The notes below the pieces were generated by a model, which saw only the letters and a list, made by a program, of their open reading frames with translations, did no database searches and was not told the DNA's origin. Below, one piece after another: positions 17,556 to 26,931 of a DNA stretch of 51,429 nucleotides (positions are counted from its first letter, which is position 1; each line of letters begins with the position of its first letter). This DNA is from an uncultured Gammaproteobacteria bacterium (GTDB lineage: Bacteria > Patescibacteriota > Microgenomatia > UBA1406 > HO2-37-13b), in assembly GCA_964477065.1 (NCBI GenBank), contig CAYZCU010000002.1, positions 1 through 51,429 of the forward strand, read 5' to 3'. Both the position numbers and the translations under genes were made by a program.

Positions 17556-18068
17556 ATGGAAGTCCGAGCACACATAAAATTTGTTCGCATCTCACCGATC
17601 AAACTGCGATTTTTGGTTGATAGCTTGAAAAAGATGTCACCACAGGTTGCCCTTGATCACTTGGGATTGAGCCAACTTCGAACAGCAAAGGTCTTTTACA
17701 AGGCTATCAAATCTGCTGTGTCGAATGGATCAGCACTTCCAGGATTTGATCCACGAAAAGCACATTTTAAAGTATTGTCAGTAGATGAAGGTCCAGTTTT
17801 GAAGAGATATCGTGCTGGTTCACGAGGTATGGCACGTCCATATGTTCGTAAATCATCACATATTACTGTTGTTCTTGAGCAAGCAGGTATTGAGCAGAAG
17901 GCTCGAACAAAATCACAGACACCAAAGGTTATTGAATCAGCAGTTGATACACAAGCACCACTGGTTGATAATGTGAAACCAACAACAGAGCGCTCAGCAA
18001 AGAGTGCAAAGCCACGTACCGTTGGGACAAAAACAGTTACAAATCGTCAAAGGACCACGAATAAATAA
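17556..18068 (+). CDS. rplV: 50S ribosomal protein L22 with a C-terminal extension of about 60 aa
   Basis: RISPIKLRFLVDSLKKM...GPVLKRYRAGSRGMARPYVRKSSHITVVL. Starts 1 nt after the rplB stop, so there is no rpsS here. Confidence 0.93.
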   Translation: MEVRAHIKFVRISPIKLRFLVDSLKKMSPQVALDHLGLSQLRTAKVFYKAIKSAVSNGSALPGFDPRKAHFKVLSVDEGPVLKRYRAGSRGMARPYVRKSSHITVVLEQAGIEQKARTKSQTPKVIESAVDTQAPLVDNVKPTTERSAKSAKPRTVGTKTVTNRQRTTNK

Positions 18069-18073
18069 TCACT

Positions 18074-18724
18074 ATGGGTCAAAAAGTTAATCCAAATGGT
18101 TTCAGACTCGGTATTACCCGAACATGGGATTCACGTTGGATGTTTGCAAATAAGAAAGATTACCGTGACAATATCATGGTAGATATCAAAATCAGAACAG
18201 CCGTTCTTGAAAAGTTTAAATTTGCATTCGTTACACGTGTCGAGATTGAGCGAGCTATTAATAAACTCGTTGTTACAATCCATGCGGTAAAGCCCGGAAT
18301 GATCATTGGTCGTGGTGGAAAAGGACTTGAGGATGTAAAAAAATTAATTGTTGATATAATTGGAGCTGAGAAAGTCAAAAATGACAAGATCAAGATTGAT
18401 ATCAAGATTGAGCCAGTTAAGAGACCATATCTCAACGCATACTATGTAGCGTACGATATTGCTTCGAAACTCGAGAGAAATCTACCACATCGATCACTTG
18501 CACATCATGCAATTGAGCGAGTTATGGAGTCAGGCGCAAAAGGAATTAAAATCCAACTTGGAGGACGTATCCGTGGAGCTTCAATTGCTCGTCGCGAGAA
18601 ATACTCTGAAGGAACAGTTCCTGCATCAACTATTCGAGAGGATGTTGATTATGCAGAGATTCCAGCATTGACGAAATCAGGCTATGTTGGTGTAAAAGTT
18701 TGGATTGCTCGTAAAGCTGAATAA
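18074..18724 (+). CDS. rpsC: 30S ribosomal protein S3
   Basis: MGQKVNPNGFRLGITRTWDSRW...KPGMIIGRGGKG (KH domain). Confidence 0.97.
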   Translation: MGQKVNPNGFRLGITRTWDSRWMFANKKDYRDNIMVDIKIRTAVLEKFKFAFVTRVEIERAINKLVVTIHAVKPGMIIGRGGKGLEDVKKLIVDIIGAEKVKNDKIKIDIKIEPVKRPYLNAYYVAYDIASKLERNLPHRSLAHHAIERVMESGAKGIKIQLGGRIRGASIARREKYSEGTVPASTIREDVDYAEIPALTKSGYVGVKVWIARKAE

Positions 18725-18730
18725 ATACCT

Positions 18731-19144
18731 ATGTTATTGCAACCGAAAAAAAGAAAATTTAGACGTGAGTTTCGAGGCCAATGGCGCAGTGTTGCTGTAA
18801 AGGGCAACCATGTTAACTTTGGGACGCACGGGATTAAGAGTTTAACAAGTGGATATATCACAGATCGACAAATTGAATCATGTCGTGTTGTTTTGGCTCG
18901 TGCAACGAGAAAGGTTGGTCGTTTTTGGATCAGAATCTTTCCCCATAAGCCATATACAAAGAAGCCCCCTGAAGTAACAATGGGTGCTGGAAAAGGTGAT
19001 GTTTCGCACTATGTTGCATCAGTTGCACCAGGAACAGTGATGTTTGAATTTGAAGGTATGGATCCAGAGACAACACAAAAGATTATGAAAAATGTATCAT
19101 CAAAACTTGGTGTACAGACAAAATTAGTGACAAAGCATATATAA
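18731..19144 (+). CDS. rplP: 50S ribosomal protein L16
   Basis: MLLQPKKRKFRREFRG...IRIFPHKPYTKKPPEVTMGAGKG. Confidence 0.97.
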   Translation: MLLQPKKRKFRREFRGQWRSVAVKGNHVNFGTHGIKSLTSGYITDRQIESCRVVLARATRKVGRFWIRIFPHKPYTKKPPEVTMGAGKGDVSHYVASVAPGTVMFEFEGMDPETTQKIMKNVSSKLGVQTKLVTKHI

Positions 19145-19145
19145 C

Positions 19146-19364
19146 ATGAAAATTAAAAATACAGATGCATATCAATCAATGGACGCCGACAAGCTGATCA
19201 TTGAGTTGCACAAAGCTCATGCTGAGCTTTCAAAGCAATTACTGGATATGCGTATGAAGCAAGTCAAAGATACAAACGAAGTTGCAAAAACAAAGAAAAG
19301 AATTGCACTTATCGAAACGTATAGACGAGCAGCAATGTTACAAAAGCCCGTTACAACAAAGTAA
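19146..19364 (+). CDS. rpmC: 50S ribosomal protein L29
   Basis: 72-aa helical protein in the L16/S17 slot, with an L..L...L..LR.. pattern. Confidence 0.88.
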   Translation: MKIKNTDAYQSMDADKLIIELHKAHAELSKQLLDMRMKQVKDTNEVAKTKKRIALIETYRRAAMLQKPVTTK

Positions 19365-19385
19365 TTACCGAATTAATACACTATC

Positions 19386-19625
19386 ATGGCAAAAACATTA
19401 ACAGGAAAAGTTGTTTCAACAAAGATGACTGATACCATCGTTGTCTCTGTTGAACGTGCATATCAGCATCCCGTCTATCACAAGACTATCCGACGTCACA
19501 AAAAGTATAAAGCTCATGTGACAACAGATATGCAGATCAAAGATGGAGATACAGTGGATATTGTTGAATGTCGACCGCTGTCTCGAGATAAAAGATTTAC
19601 CGTTTCGAAAGTTTATACACAATAA
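19386..19625 (+). CDS. rpsQ: 30S ribosomal protein S17
   Basis: LTGKVVSTKMTDTIVVSVER...HKKYKAH...GDTVDIVECRPLSRDKRF. Confidence 0.95.
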   Translation: MAKTLTGKVVSTKMTDTIVVSVERAYQHPVYHKTIRRHKKYKAHVTTDMQIKDGDTVDIVECRPLSRDKRFTVSKVYTQ

Positions 19626-19628
19626 AAC

Positions 19629-20003
19629 ATGTTACAATTACGATCCGTCTTAACAGTTGCAGATAACACAGGTGCAAAGTATGCATACCTGATTGGTATT
19701 CCTGGACGCGGAAATATGAAGACCGCTTCTATCGGAGATATCATAACTGCTGTTGTCAAAGATGCAGATCCGTATGCACAAGTGAAAAAAGGAGATGTGG
19801 TACATGCAGTCGTTGTACGAACTCGAAAAGAAGTTCGACGTAAAGATGGAAGTTATGTGCGATTTGATGATAATGCGTGTGTTATTTTGCAAGGTCCCAA
19901 ATCAATGGATCCAAAAGGATCACGTTTCTTTGGACCACTTGCACGTGAAGTAAAAGATCGAGGATACAACAAAATTGCAAGTTTGGCATCAGAAATATAC
20001 TAA
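19629..20003 (+). CDS. rplN: 50S ribosomal protein L14
   Basis: MLQLRSVLTVADNTGAK...RFDDNACVIL..K..PKGSRFFGPLAREV. Confidence 0.97.
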   Translation: MLQLRSVLTVADNTGAKYAYLIGIPGRGNMKTASIGDIITAVVKDADPYAQVKKGDVVHAVVVRTRKEVRRKDGSYVRFDDNACVILQGPKSMDPKGSRFFGPLAREVKDRGYNKIASLASEIY

Positions 20004-20007
20004 TATC

Positions 20008-20334
20008 ATGAAAATCAGAGTTGGAGATTATGTTCGAGTCATGGTAGGCAAAGATAAAGGCAAAGAGTCTGTTGTCGATCGTGTCTATCCAAAGCAAAAT
20101 AAAGTTTTGCTTCAAGGACTTAATCAATATAAGAAACACATGAAGAAAAGCGATCAATTTCCACAAGGAGGAGTTGTCGAAGTGCCACGCGCACTTGATG
20201 CCTCTAATGTGATGCTTGTTACAGCAGATAGTAAGTCTGTGACACGTGTCGGGTATATTGTCGAAGGTAACAAAAAAATCAGATTTGAAAAAAAGTCAGG
20301 CGAGAGAATTAAAGAAAAGGTTGCAAAAAAATAA
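20008..20334 (+). CDS. rplX: 50S ribosomal protein L24
   Basis: MKIRVGDYVRVMVGKDKGKE (KOW motif). Start moved to ATG 20008, just after the rplN stop. Confidence 0.93.
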   Translation: MKIRVGDYVRVMVGKDKGKESVVDRVYPKQNKVLLQGLNQYKKHMKKSDQFPQGGVVEVPRALDASNVMLVTADSKSVTRVGYIVEGNKKIRFEKKSGERIKEKVAKK

Positions 20335-20337
20335 CGT

Positions 20338-20886
20338 ATGAAACTTAAAGATCATTACATTCAAAAAGTTGCTGGCGAATTACAAAAGGATTTGGGTATC
20401 AAAAATATCCATGCAATCCCTCGTATTTCAAAAGTTATTTTAAATGTTGGTGTAGGTGATGCTGCAACAAACAAAAAAGCAATTGAAAAAGTAGTTGAAG
20501 AATTGACATTAATTTCTGGTCAAAAGCCAGTTATTGCACTTGCTCGTAAATCCGTTTCTGCATTTAAAATCAGAAAAGGTCAAGCAATCGGTGTCAAAGT
20601 AACACTTCGTGGTAAAAACATGTTTGATTTTCTTGAAAAGCTATTCAAGATTGTTTTGCCTCGAATCCGAGATTTTAGAGGACTGCGAGGAACAAGTTTT
20701 GATGGACATGGCAATTTAAATATTGGAATTTCTGATCAAACCCTGTTCCCAGAGATAGAGTATGATAAAATAGACAGGATTAGAGGGGTTGAAATTACAA
20801 TTGTCACAACAGCCCAAAATGATGAGCATGCTCGAAAATTGTGTGAAAAAATGGGATTAGTATTTAAGGAAGAAGTAGAAAAATAA
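20338..20886 (+). CDS. rplE: 50S ribosomal protein L5
   Basis: [20 protein letters not shown]...[21 protein letters not shown]...[20 protein letters not shown]. Confidence 0.97.
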   Translation: MKLKDHYIQKVAGELQKDLGIKNIHAIPRISKVILNVGVGDAATNKKAIEKVVEELTLISGQKPVIALARKSVSAFKIRKGQAIGVKVTLRGKNMFDFLEKLFKIVLPRIRDFRGLRGTSFDGHGNLNIGISDQTLFPEIEYDKIDRIRGVEITIVTTAQNDEHARKLCEKMGLVFKEEVEK

Positions 20887-20887
20887 T

Positions 20888-21157
20888 ATGGCACGTAAAG
20901 CAATGATACAAAAAGAGCTCAAGAGAGCAAAGTTGGTTGCAAAATTTGCAAAGCGACGAGCAGAGTTGAAAGCTCAGGGTGACTTTGCTGGTCTTGCACA
21001 ATTGCCACGTAATTCAAGTGCAACTCGACAACGAAATAGATGTTCATTGACTGGACGAAGCCGTGGATACATTCGACGATTTGGATTATCACGCATCGAA
21101 TTTAGAGAACGAGCATTAGGAGGAGAACTTCCTGGAGTTAAAAAGATTTCTTGGTAA
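20888..21157 (+). CDS. rpsN: 30S ribosomal protein S14 (long form, no zinc site)
   Basis: [41 protein letters not shown]. Confidence 0.95.
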   Translation: MARKAMIQKELKRAKLVAKFAKRRAELKAQGDFAGLAQLPRNSSATRQRNRCSLTGRSRGYIRRFGLSRIEFRERALGGELPGVKKISW

Positions 21158-21166
21158 GACACATTT

Positions 21167-21451
21167 ATGACACGATCATTACGAAAAGGACCATTTATTG
21201 ACGAAAAATTACTTAAAAAAGTAATGAAGCAAAAAGATTCGGGAGATAAATCCCCTATCAAAACATGGGCACGAGGAACTGATATTGCACCTGAGTATGT
21301 TGGTCATCGTTTTGATGTGTATAACGGTAAGAAATTTATTGAAGTATTCGTTTCTGAAGGCATGGTTGGACATAAACTCGGTGAGTTTTCTCCAACACGA
21401 ACCTTTAAAGGACACGGATCAGTTACAAAGCGAACAATGGATAAGACCTAG
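21167..21451 (+). CDS. rpsS: 30S ribosomal protein S19, in a non-canonical position
   Basis: [19 protein letters not shown]...[33 protein letters not shown] aligns along its whole length with E. coli S19 (MPRSLKKGPFID...[18 protein letters not shown]). Confidence 0.95.
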   Translation: MTRSLRKGPFIDEKLLKKVMKQKDSGDKSPIKTWARGTDIAPEYVGHRFDVYNGKKFIEVFVSEGMVGHKLGEFSPTRTFKGHGSVTKRTMDKT

Positions 21452-21578
21452 TAGAAATTTAGTGATCTAGTAACCTAGAGATCTAGAGAAAATTAATTAC
21501 ATATAAAATTTACTATTTACGAAAACAAACCTAGCATACTAGATTTCCAGATCACTAGATTACTAGAACACTAAAACC
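21452..21578 (+). other. 127-nt non-coding spacer rich in CTAG and TAG, with terminal inverted repeats
   Basis: No ATG and eight CTAG tetramers. TAGTGATCT (21460-21468) is the exact reverse complement of AGATCACTA (21549-21557). Near-palindrome CTAGAGATCTAG at 21475-21486. Confidence 0.6.
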
Positions 21579-21968
21579 ATGAACAGCACACATATCGACA
21601 TGATAATCCGTATCAAAAATGGATACATGGCAGAAAAGAAAAAGGTATCTGCAATGTATTCACGATTGAATGAAAATATTCTCAAAATTATGCTTGAGCA
21701 TGGTTATATTGAGGAATATTCAGTTGCTGAAGATGGAAACAAAAAAACATTGCATATGACATTGAAGTATGATGGTCGCCACCCAGCTGTTCAGGATGTG
21801 AAATTGTATTCACGACCAGGACGTCGCCAGTACATGAAAAGTGAAAAGATACGACCAGTACAAGGTGGACTTGGTTTGTCACTTATCTCTACATCAAAGG
21901 GACTGATGACAGATAGTGATGCACGACAAAAAGGTATTGGTGGAGAAGTTATTGTAAGCATTTGGTAA
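21579..21968 (+). CDS. rpsH: 30S ribosomal protein S8
   Basis: DMIIRIKNGYMA...YSRPGRRQY...GLGLSLISTSKGLMTD..ARQKGIGGEVI..IW. Confidence 0.96.
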   Translation: MNSTHIDMIIRIKNGYMAEKKKVSAMYSRLNENILKIMLEHGYIEEYSVAEDGNKKTLHMTLKYDGRHPAVQDVKLYSRPGRRQYMKSEKIRPVQGGLGLSLISTSKGLMTDSDARQKGIGGEVIVSIW

Positions 21969-21969
21969 T

Positions 21970-22509
21970 ATGTCAAAAATAGGAGAAAGCCCCATTAAGG
22001 TTGAAAGTGGTATTCAAGTCACTCTTGAGCCAGACGTCGTTCTGGTGAAGGGTCCTCTTGGCGAACTTTCAATTGAAATTCCAAAAGGGATCATCGTCAA
22101 ACAAGATGGTGATATTCTTCATATTGAAAGACTTGCAGAATCAAAGAAAGTACGATCACTCCATGGACTTATTCGAAGCTTGATCGCAAATGCAGTCAAG
22201 GGTGTGACAAAAGCATGGGAGAAAAATTTGGAAGTACATGGCACAGGATACAAAGTTCGTATGCAAGGAAAAGATTTAGTTTTCGATGTTGGTTATTCAC
22301 ATTCAGTGACCTTTTCAGCAGTTGCAGGTTTGACCTATACAGCTGACAAGAACAAAGTAACAATCTCTGGAGTTGATAAGCAATATGTTGGTGAAATTGC
22401 AAACAAGATTAAAGCTATTCGAAAACCAGATCCGTACAAAGGAAAGGGAATACGATATGAAGGCGAAGTATTACATTTGAAGCCTGGTAAGAAGGCTGCC
22501 ACAGGATAG
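21970..22509 (+). CDS. rplF: 50S ribosomal protein L6
   Basis: MSKIGESPIKV..GI.V......V.VKGPLGEL...GTGYKV...VGYSH...PDPYKGKGIRYEGE. Confidence 0.96.
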   Translation: MSKIGESPIKVESGIQVTLEPDVVLVKGPLGELSIEIPKGIIVKQDGDILHIERLAESKKVRSLHGLIRSLIANAVKGVTKAWEKNLEVHGTGYKVRMQGKDLVFDVGYSHSVTFSAVAGLTYTADKNKVTISGVDKQYVGEIANKIKAIRKPDPYKGKGIRYEGEVLHLKPGKKAATG

Positions 22510-22510
22510 T

Positions 22511-22861
22511 ATGAAAAACAAACGATTAGCTCGACAGCAAAAAACAAAAATGAGAGTTCGTGCTCGCATTGTGCGACAGAGTGAATTCCCACGTTTAAGT
22601 GTTCATCGATCAAACAATCATATTTATGTTCAACTTATCAATGATTTTGAAATGAAAACACTCGCACATGCTAGTGATGCAAAACTTGATCATACAAAGA
22701 TGAATAGAACACAGCTTGCTCAAGAAGTCGGTAAAATGATGGGAGAGCAGATTAAAAAATTAAAGATCTCACAAGTTGTTTTCGATCGTGGATGTCATCC
22801 TTACAAAGGTCGAATCAAAGCACTTGCTGATGCAGTTCGAGAAACAGGAATTACCATTTAA
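22511..22861 (+). CDS. rplR: 50S ribosomal protein L18
   Basis: PRLSVHRSNNHIYVQLIND...VVFDRGCHPYKGRIKALADAVRETG. Confidence 0.95.
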   Translation: MKNKRLARQQKTKMRVRARIVRQSEFPRLSVHRSNNHIYVQLINDFEMKTLAHASDAKLDHTKMNRTQLAQEVGKMMGEQIKKLKISQVVFDRGCHPYKGRIKALADAVRETGITI

Positions 22862-22881
22862 TATATTGTATTTATTCAATC

Positions 22882-23364
22882 ATGGCAGACGATAGAAATC
22901 AAAATCGACGACGACGAGATGAAGGACCACAAGATGGTATTCAAGAAGAAGTCTTGCAGATCAAGCGTGTTGTTAAAAAAACAACAGGTGGGAGTCACAT
23001 TACCTTTACAGCACTTGTAGTAGTTGGTGATAAAAAAGGCAAGGTCGGTCTTGGTTTAGGTCGAGGTAAGGAAGTTCCGCAAGCAATTCAAAAAGCTATA
23101 AAACTTGCTCGCCGACAGATGTTTACCGTCCCTGTGTACAATGAAACATTGCCACATGATATTACGTTTAAATATCGTGCTGCACGATTGATTTTGAAAC
23201 CAGCTCCACAAGGAACGGGTTTGAAAGTTGGAAGTGTGGTGAGAACAATTTTTGCACTTGCAGGAATTACGAATGCATCTGGTAAAATTCTTGGTTCACG
23301 TAACCAAGCAGCAAATGCATATGCTGTCACCTTAGCATTACAGAAATTAAAAACGAGAGCATAA
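22882..23364 (+). CDS. rpsE: 30S ribosomal protein S5
   Basis: VLQIKRVVKKTTGGSHITFTALVVVGDKKGKVGLGLGRGKEVPQAIQKA. Confidence 0.96.
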   Translation: MADDRNQNRRRRDEGPQDGIQEEVLQIKRVVKKTTGGSHITFTALVVVGDKKGKVGLGLGRGKEVPQAIQKAIKLARRQMFTVPVYNETLPHDITFKYRAARLILKPAPQGTGLKVGSVVRTIFALAGITNASGKILGSRNQAANAYAVTLALQKLKTRA

Positions 23365-23368
23365 TACT

Positions 23369-23815
23369 ATGTCAATCTTATCCGAACTACCAAAACTTAT
23401 CACGCCACGTATTAAGCGCAAAGGACGCGGTCTTGGAAGTGGAAGTGGTGCAAAATCTGGTCGTGGAACAACTCGACATCAGACTGCACGACGAAGTATG
23501 CCACTCTTTTTTGAAGGTGGACAAAATCGCATAACAAAGAAGTATCCTTTGCTTCGTGGTAAGACTCGAAACAAATCAGTACATGAAAAGCCATACACCA
23601 TCAACGTTGAAGATTTGAAGATTTTTCCAAAAGATACACGAATCGATCTCAAACTATTGATGAAGTCTCAGCTTGTTGGCAAAGATGCGCATATCAGAGG
23701 AGCAAAAATATTGGGCAGAGGTGCACTTACCGTAGCATTGCATATTGCTCTTCCTGTTTCACAAAAAGCAGGGGAGAAAATTTCGCAAGCAGGTGGTACA
23801 CTTATTGAAGCATGA
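23369..23815 (+). CDS. rplO: 50S ribosomal protein L15
   Basis: [23 protein letters not shown]...FEGGQ. Starts 4 nt after rpsE, leaving no room for rpmD. Confidence 0.94.
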   Translation: MSILSELPKLITPRIKRKGRGLGSGSGAKSGRGTTRHQTARRSMPLFFEGGQNRITKKYPLLRGKTRNKSVHEKPYTINVEDLKIFPKDTRIDLKLLMKSQLVGKDAHIRGAKILGRGALTVALHIALPVSQKAGEKISQAGGTLIEA

Positions 23816-25098
23816 ACAACCCAATAACAAAATTGACACTCGCCCTTCGCGATCAAGAACTTCGAAAAAAGATACTGTTTACGTTTTTCATCATTACGGT
23901 TTTTCGCATTTTTGCATTTATTCCTGTTCCCGTCGTTGATCGAACAGCACTGCAAACACTGTTTGGTTCAAGTGCTTTTTTTTCTCTTCTAGATATCTTT
24001 TCTGGAGGAACACTGATTAACTTTTCAGTGATGGCTCTTGGTCTTGGTCCGTACATTAATGCATCGATCATCTTGCAACTTTTTACGATGATTATTCCAA
24101 AACTGGAAGAATTGAGTAAAGAAGGCGAATATGGTCGTGCAAAGATTAACCAGTACACGCGCTTTCTCACGCTCCCCATAACACTTATTCAATCAATCGC
24201 ACTTTATAGTCTCTTAAGTAGTCAAAAGGTCATCCCTACACTGAACTTCCTTGAATTTCTTGCATTTGTATCAACGATCACAGCTGGATCATTTATTTTG
24301 ATGTGGCTTGGAGAAATGATTACGGAATATGGATTGGGGAATGGAATCTCCATGCTCATATTTGTTGGTATTGTCTCGCGTGTTCCTGTGAAGGCAAGCC
24401 AAGCATTCACAACCGCTTCGCAAGATACGATCATGCCTCTTCTATTTGTCATTTTCTGTATGGTGGCTGTTATTTATGCAGTTGTCATTATTAATCAGGC
24501 AGTAAGAAAAGTGCCTGTCTACTATGCAAAACGTATTAAGGGCAACCGCGTATTTCAGGGAGGATCAAACTATCTGCCTTTGCGCCTTAATCAGGCGGGA
24601 GTTATTCCTATTATTTTTGCAATTTCATTTGTGCTTTTCCCACAACTCATTGGAAACTTCCTTGTCACACTCAAGAATCCAGCTGTGCAATCATTTGCCC
24701 AGGTTCTGATAAAAACTTTTGATCCCAAAGGCCTTTTTTACAATGGGATGTATTTTGTGCTTGTTATAGCCTTTACTTTTTTCTATACGATTGTTGTCTT
24801 TAATCCAGAAAAAATTTCTGAAGAAATTCAAAAGCATGGAGGATTTATTCCTGGTATTCGACCTGGACGATCAACAAAAGAGTACTTACAGCGAATTGTC
24901 TATCGTATTACGACAGTCGGGGCGCTATTTCTTGGGCTCATCGCAATTATGCCTGCGGTTCTTTCAGCATTGACAGGGACGCAATCAATCATTATCGGAG
25001 GAACTGGTGTATTGATCGTTGTCTCAGTTGTCTTAGAGACATTCAAGACGATTGAAACGCAGATTGCAATGAAAAGTTATGACAAATTTGCTCGTTAA
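23812..25098 (+). CDS. secY: Preprotein translocase subunit SecY
   Basis: 428 aa, 10-TM pattern. [62 protein letters not shown]. Confidence 0.97.
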   Translation: MNNPITKLTLALRDQELRKKILFTFFIITVFRIFAFIPVPVVDRTALQTLFGSSAFFSLLDIFSGGTLINFSVMALGLGPYINASIILQLFTMIIPKLEELSKEGEYGRAKINQYTRFLTLPITLIQSIALYSLLSSQKVIPTLNFLEFLAFVSTITAGSFILMWLGEMITEYGLGNGISMLIFVGIVSRVPVKASQAFTTASQDTIMPLLFVIFCMVAVIYAVVIINQAVRKVPVYYAKRIKGNRVFQGGSNYLPLRLNQAGVIPIIFAISFVLFPQLIGNFLVTLKNPAVQSFAQVLIKTFDPKGLFYNGMYFVLVIAFTFFYTIVVFNPEKISEEIQKHGGFIPGIRPGRSTKEYLQRIVYRITTVGALFLGLIAIMPAVLSALTGTQSIIIGGTGVLIVVSVVLETFKTIETQIAMKSYDKFAR

Positions 25099-25112
25099 AT
25101 CGGGCTAAAATT

Positions 25113-25121
25113 TGGTATAAT
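25113..25121 (+). promoter_or_regulatory. Extended -10 element TGgTATAAT upstream of rpmG, with a leader of about 40 nt
   Basis: Read directly in the secY-rpmG spacer. Confidence 0.45.
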
Positions 25122-25161
25122 CACTGTTTGAACGAGATAGTTACAACAATTTACTTGAGAT

Positions 25162-25335
25162 ATGGCAAAAAAAGGTCAACGAAATCAGCACGGCATGCAA
25201 TGTTCTGTCTGTAAAAATGTCACACATGTGACTCAGCGAAACAAGCAAAATACCCCTGAACCTCTTAAACTGAGTATGTATTGCAATACCTGCAAAAAGC
25301 ACACTGAGCATAAGGAGCGAAAAAAGTTACACTAA
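25162..25335 (+). CDS. rpmG: 50S ribosomal protein L33 (zinc-ribbon C+ form); not in the supplied ORF track
   Basis: Hand translation gives MAKKGQRNQHGMQCSVCKNVTHVTQRNKQNTPEPLKLSMYCNTCKKHTEHKERKKLH. This carries the L33 pattern CxxC...KN..N.P..L.L.KYC..C.KHT.HKE.K. Confidence 0.88.
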   Translation: MAKKGQRNQHGMQCSVCKNVTHVTQRNKQNTPEPLKLSMYCNTCKKHTEHKERKKLH

Positions 25336-25338
25336 AGC

Positions 25339-25872
25339 ATGAATATTATTCTCATTGGTCCACCTGGATCTGGAAAATCGACTCAGGGGACTCTTTTGAG
25401 CGAAGCTTTAAAATTACCCTACTTCTCAGTTGGATCGATTCTACGCTCTCTTGCAGAAGGTTCAGATGATCGTGCAAACATGATTCGTGGCTTTCTGGAT
25501 GCAGGTAATTTGCTCCCAGCAGATATCGTCCTCTCTATTATTCATGAGCATCTTCAGCACGAAAATCATAAAAACGGGTTTATTCTTGATGGTTTTCCAC
25601 GCAGTCTTGAGGAAGCTCAGAAATTTGATCAGCATATAGATAAAGTTATTTATATTCGCTTGCCTGACAAAGAATCACTTTGGCGCATTGCAAAGCGCAC
25701 AGATAAGCGACATGATCAATCTGCCTCAACTATATTGCACCGCATCGAAGTTTTTCATGAAGAAACGGATAAAGTTATCGCCTACTACAAAGAAAGGGGA
25801 CTTGTCTTGGAAGTTGATGGCATGCCATCTGCCGAAGATATTCACCACCAGATCATTCAATCACTTACCTAG
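25339..25872 (+). CDS. adk: Adenylate kinase (short form, no zinc LID)
   Basis: MNIILIGPPGSGKSTQ P-loop and ILDGFPRS, in the canonical position after secY. Confidence 0.92.
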   Translation: MNIILIGPPGSGKSTQGTLLSEALKLPYFSVGSILRSLAEGSDDRANMIRGFLDAGNLLPADIVLSIIHEHLQHENHKNGFILDGFPRSLEEAQKFDQHIDKVIYIRLPDKESLWRIAKRTDKRHDQSASTILHRIEVFHEETDKVIAYYKERGLVLEVDGMPSAEDIHHQIIQSLT

Positions 25873-25873
25873 T

Positions 25874-26620
25874 ATGATTACCCTCAAGTCAGCAAGCGAG
25901 ATAGCTACGATGAAAGAGGGTGGTGCTATGCTTCATGAGGCCCTCATATACGCACAAAAGGTTATACAAGCCGATATGACGACACATGCGCTCAATACCC
26001 TCATAGAAGAGCGTATAGAGGCGCTGGGAGGCGAACCTGGGTTTAAACGGGTGCATGGATATAACTGGGGAACATGTATCTGTATCAATGATCAGATTGT
26101 GCATACTCCTCCATCTGATCGAATTATTCAAGATGGTGATGTCGTAACGATCGATGCTGGTGTATACTATGGAGGTTTCCATACAGATTCAGCAGTCACG
26201 CTACAGGTAGGTCCACAAGATCCTGCAGTAACACTTTTTCTGGATACAGGTAAAAAAGCCCTTGAGAAGGCTCTGAAAGTTGCCAAGGTTGGCAATAGAA
26301 TCGGGCATATTTCACAGGCTTTTCAGGAAACAATTGAGTCAGCTGGATATAGTATCGTCAAGGAGTTGACGGGCCACGGAGTTGGTCATGAGCTTCATGA
26401 GGATCCCTATATACCCTGCTTTGTTGATCGACCTGTCATGAAAACAAAGGAATTGAAGGTGGGAATGACACTTGCTCTGGAAGTTATGTATGCGATGGGT
26501 AAGCCAAAAATCGCGACAGAACGCGACGGATGGTCAATTCACCTTGTTGATAAAAGCATTGCGGGGACATTCGAGCACAGTATTGCGCTGACTGAAAATG
26601 GGACTTTAATTTTGACATAG
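25874..26620 (+). CDS. map: Methionine aminopeptidase type I
   Basis: [45 protein letters not shown]. Start moved to ATG 25874, 1 nt after the adk stop. Confidence 0.94.
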   Translation: MITLKSASEIATMKEGGAMLHEALIYAQKVIQADMTTHALNTLIEERIEALGGEPGFKRVHGYNWGTCICINDQIVHTPPSDRIIQDGDVVTIDAGVYYGGFHTDSAVTLQVGPQDPAVTLFLDTGKKALEKALKVAKVGNRIGHISQAFQETIESAGYSIVKELTGHGVGHELHEDPYIPCFVDRPVMKTKELKVGMTLALEVMYAMGKPKIATERDGWSIHLVDKSIAGTFEHSIALTENGTLILT

Positions 26621-26625
26621 GTCTA

Positions 26626-26634
26626 TGGTACAAT
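26626..26634 (+). promoter_or_regulatory. Extended -10 element TGgTACAAT, 9 nt upstream of infA ATG 26644
   Basis: Read directly: TGGTACAAT-ataaactct-ATG. Confidence 0.4.
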
Positions 26635-26643
26635 ATAAACTCT

Positions 26644-26931
26644 ATGCAAAGTAACAGTAGAGGTAGATCGAAGAGTAATAAGCCGGGGAAACCATTTACC
26701 GTCCGAAAAGAAAATCCAGATGTGATACGTGTTTTTGGAGAAGTCGTCGAAAACTTGCCAAACAGACTTTTTCGTGTCAAGCTTGACGAAGCACATGGGA
26801 ATAATGTTTTGATCTGTTATTTGTCTGGAAAAATGAGGAAGAATTATATTAAAATCCTTCCTGGAGATAAGGTCGAACTTGAAATATCTAAGTACGATCA
26901 AGATAAAGGTCGCATAGTTTATAGAAAATAA
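26644..26931 (+). CDS. infA: Translation initiation factor IF-1 (possible basic N-terminal extension of about 20 aa)
   Basis: [57 protein letters not shown]. An in-frame GTG near 26716 would give a canonical-length protein. Confidence 0.93.
   Translation: MQSNSRGRSKSNKPGKPFTVRKENPDVIRVFGEVVENLPNRLFRVKLDEAHGNNVLICYLSGKMRKNYIKILPGDKVELEISKYDQDKGRIVYRK

Noticed and set aside
21452-21578. The rpsS-rpsH spacer as a tRNA, another small RNA gene, or a CRISPR remnant.
   Set aside because: I could not draw a cloverleaf or find T-loop/D-loop consensus. There are no regularly spaced direct repeats. I kept it only as an unexplained structured or palindromic spacer.
25688-25873. The ORF-track start for map at 25688, which adds 62 aa overlapping adk.
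   Set aside because: The extension has no MetAP homology and sits in the adk coding region. A canonical MetAP N-terminus begins at ATG 25874, 1 nt after the adk stop. For the same reason I trimmed the N-terminal extensions of sodA (6529-6639), the PEGA protein (8968-9054), the DUF1189-like protein (12553-12771), rplX (19975-20007), the GT4 gene (6907-6954) and sufC (47241-47273).
26612-26617. TTGACA hexamer as the -35 element of the infA promoter.
   Set aside because: It is only 11 nt from the TACAAT -10 element (26629-26634), outside the functional range of 16-19 nt. The TG extension can work without a -35 element.
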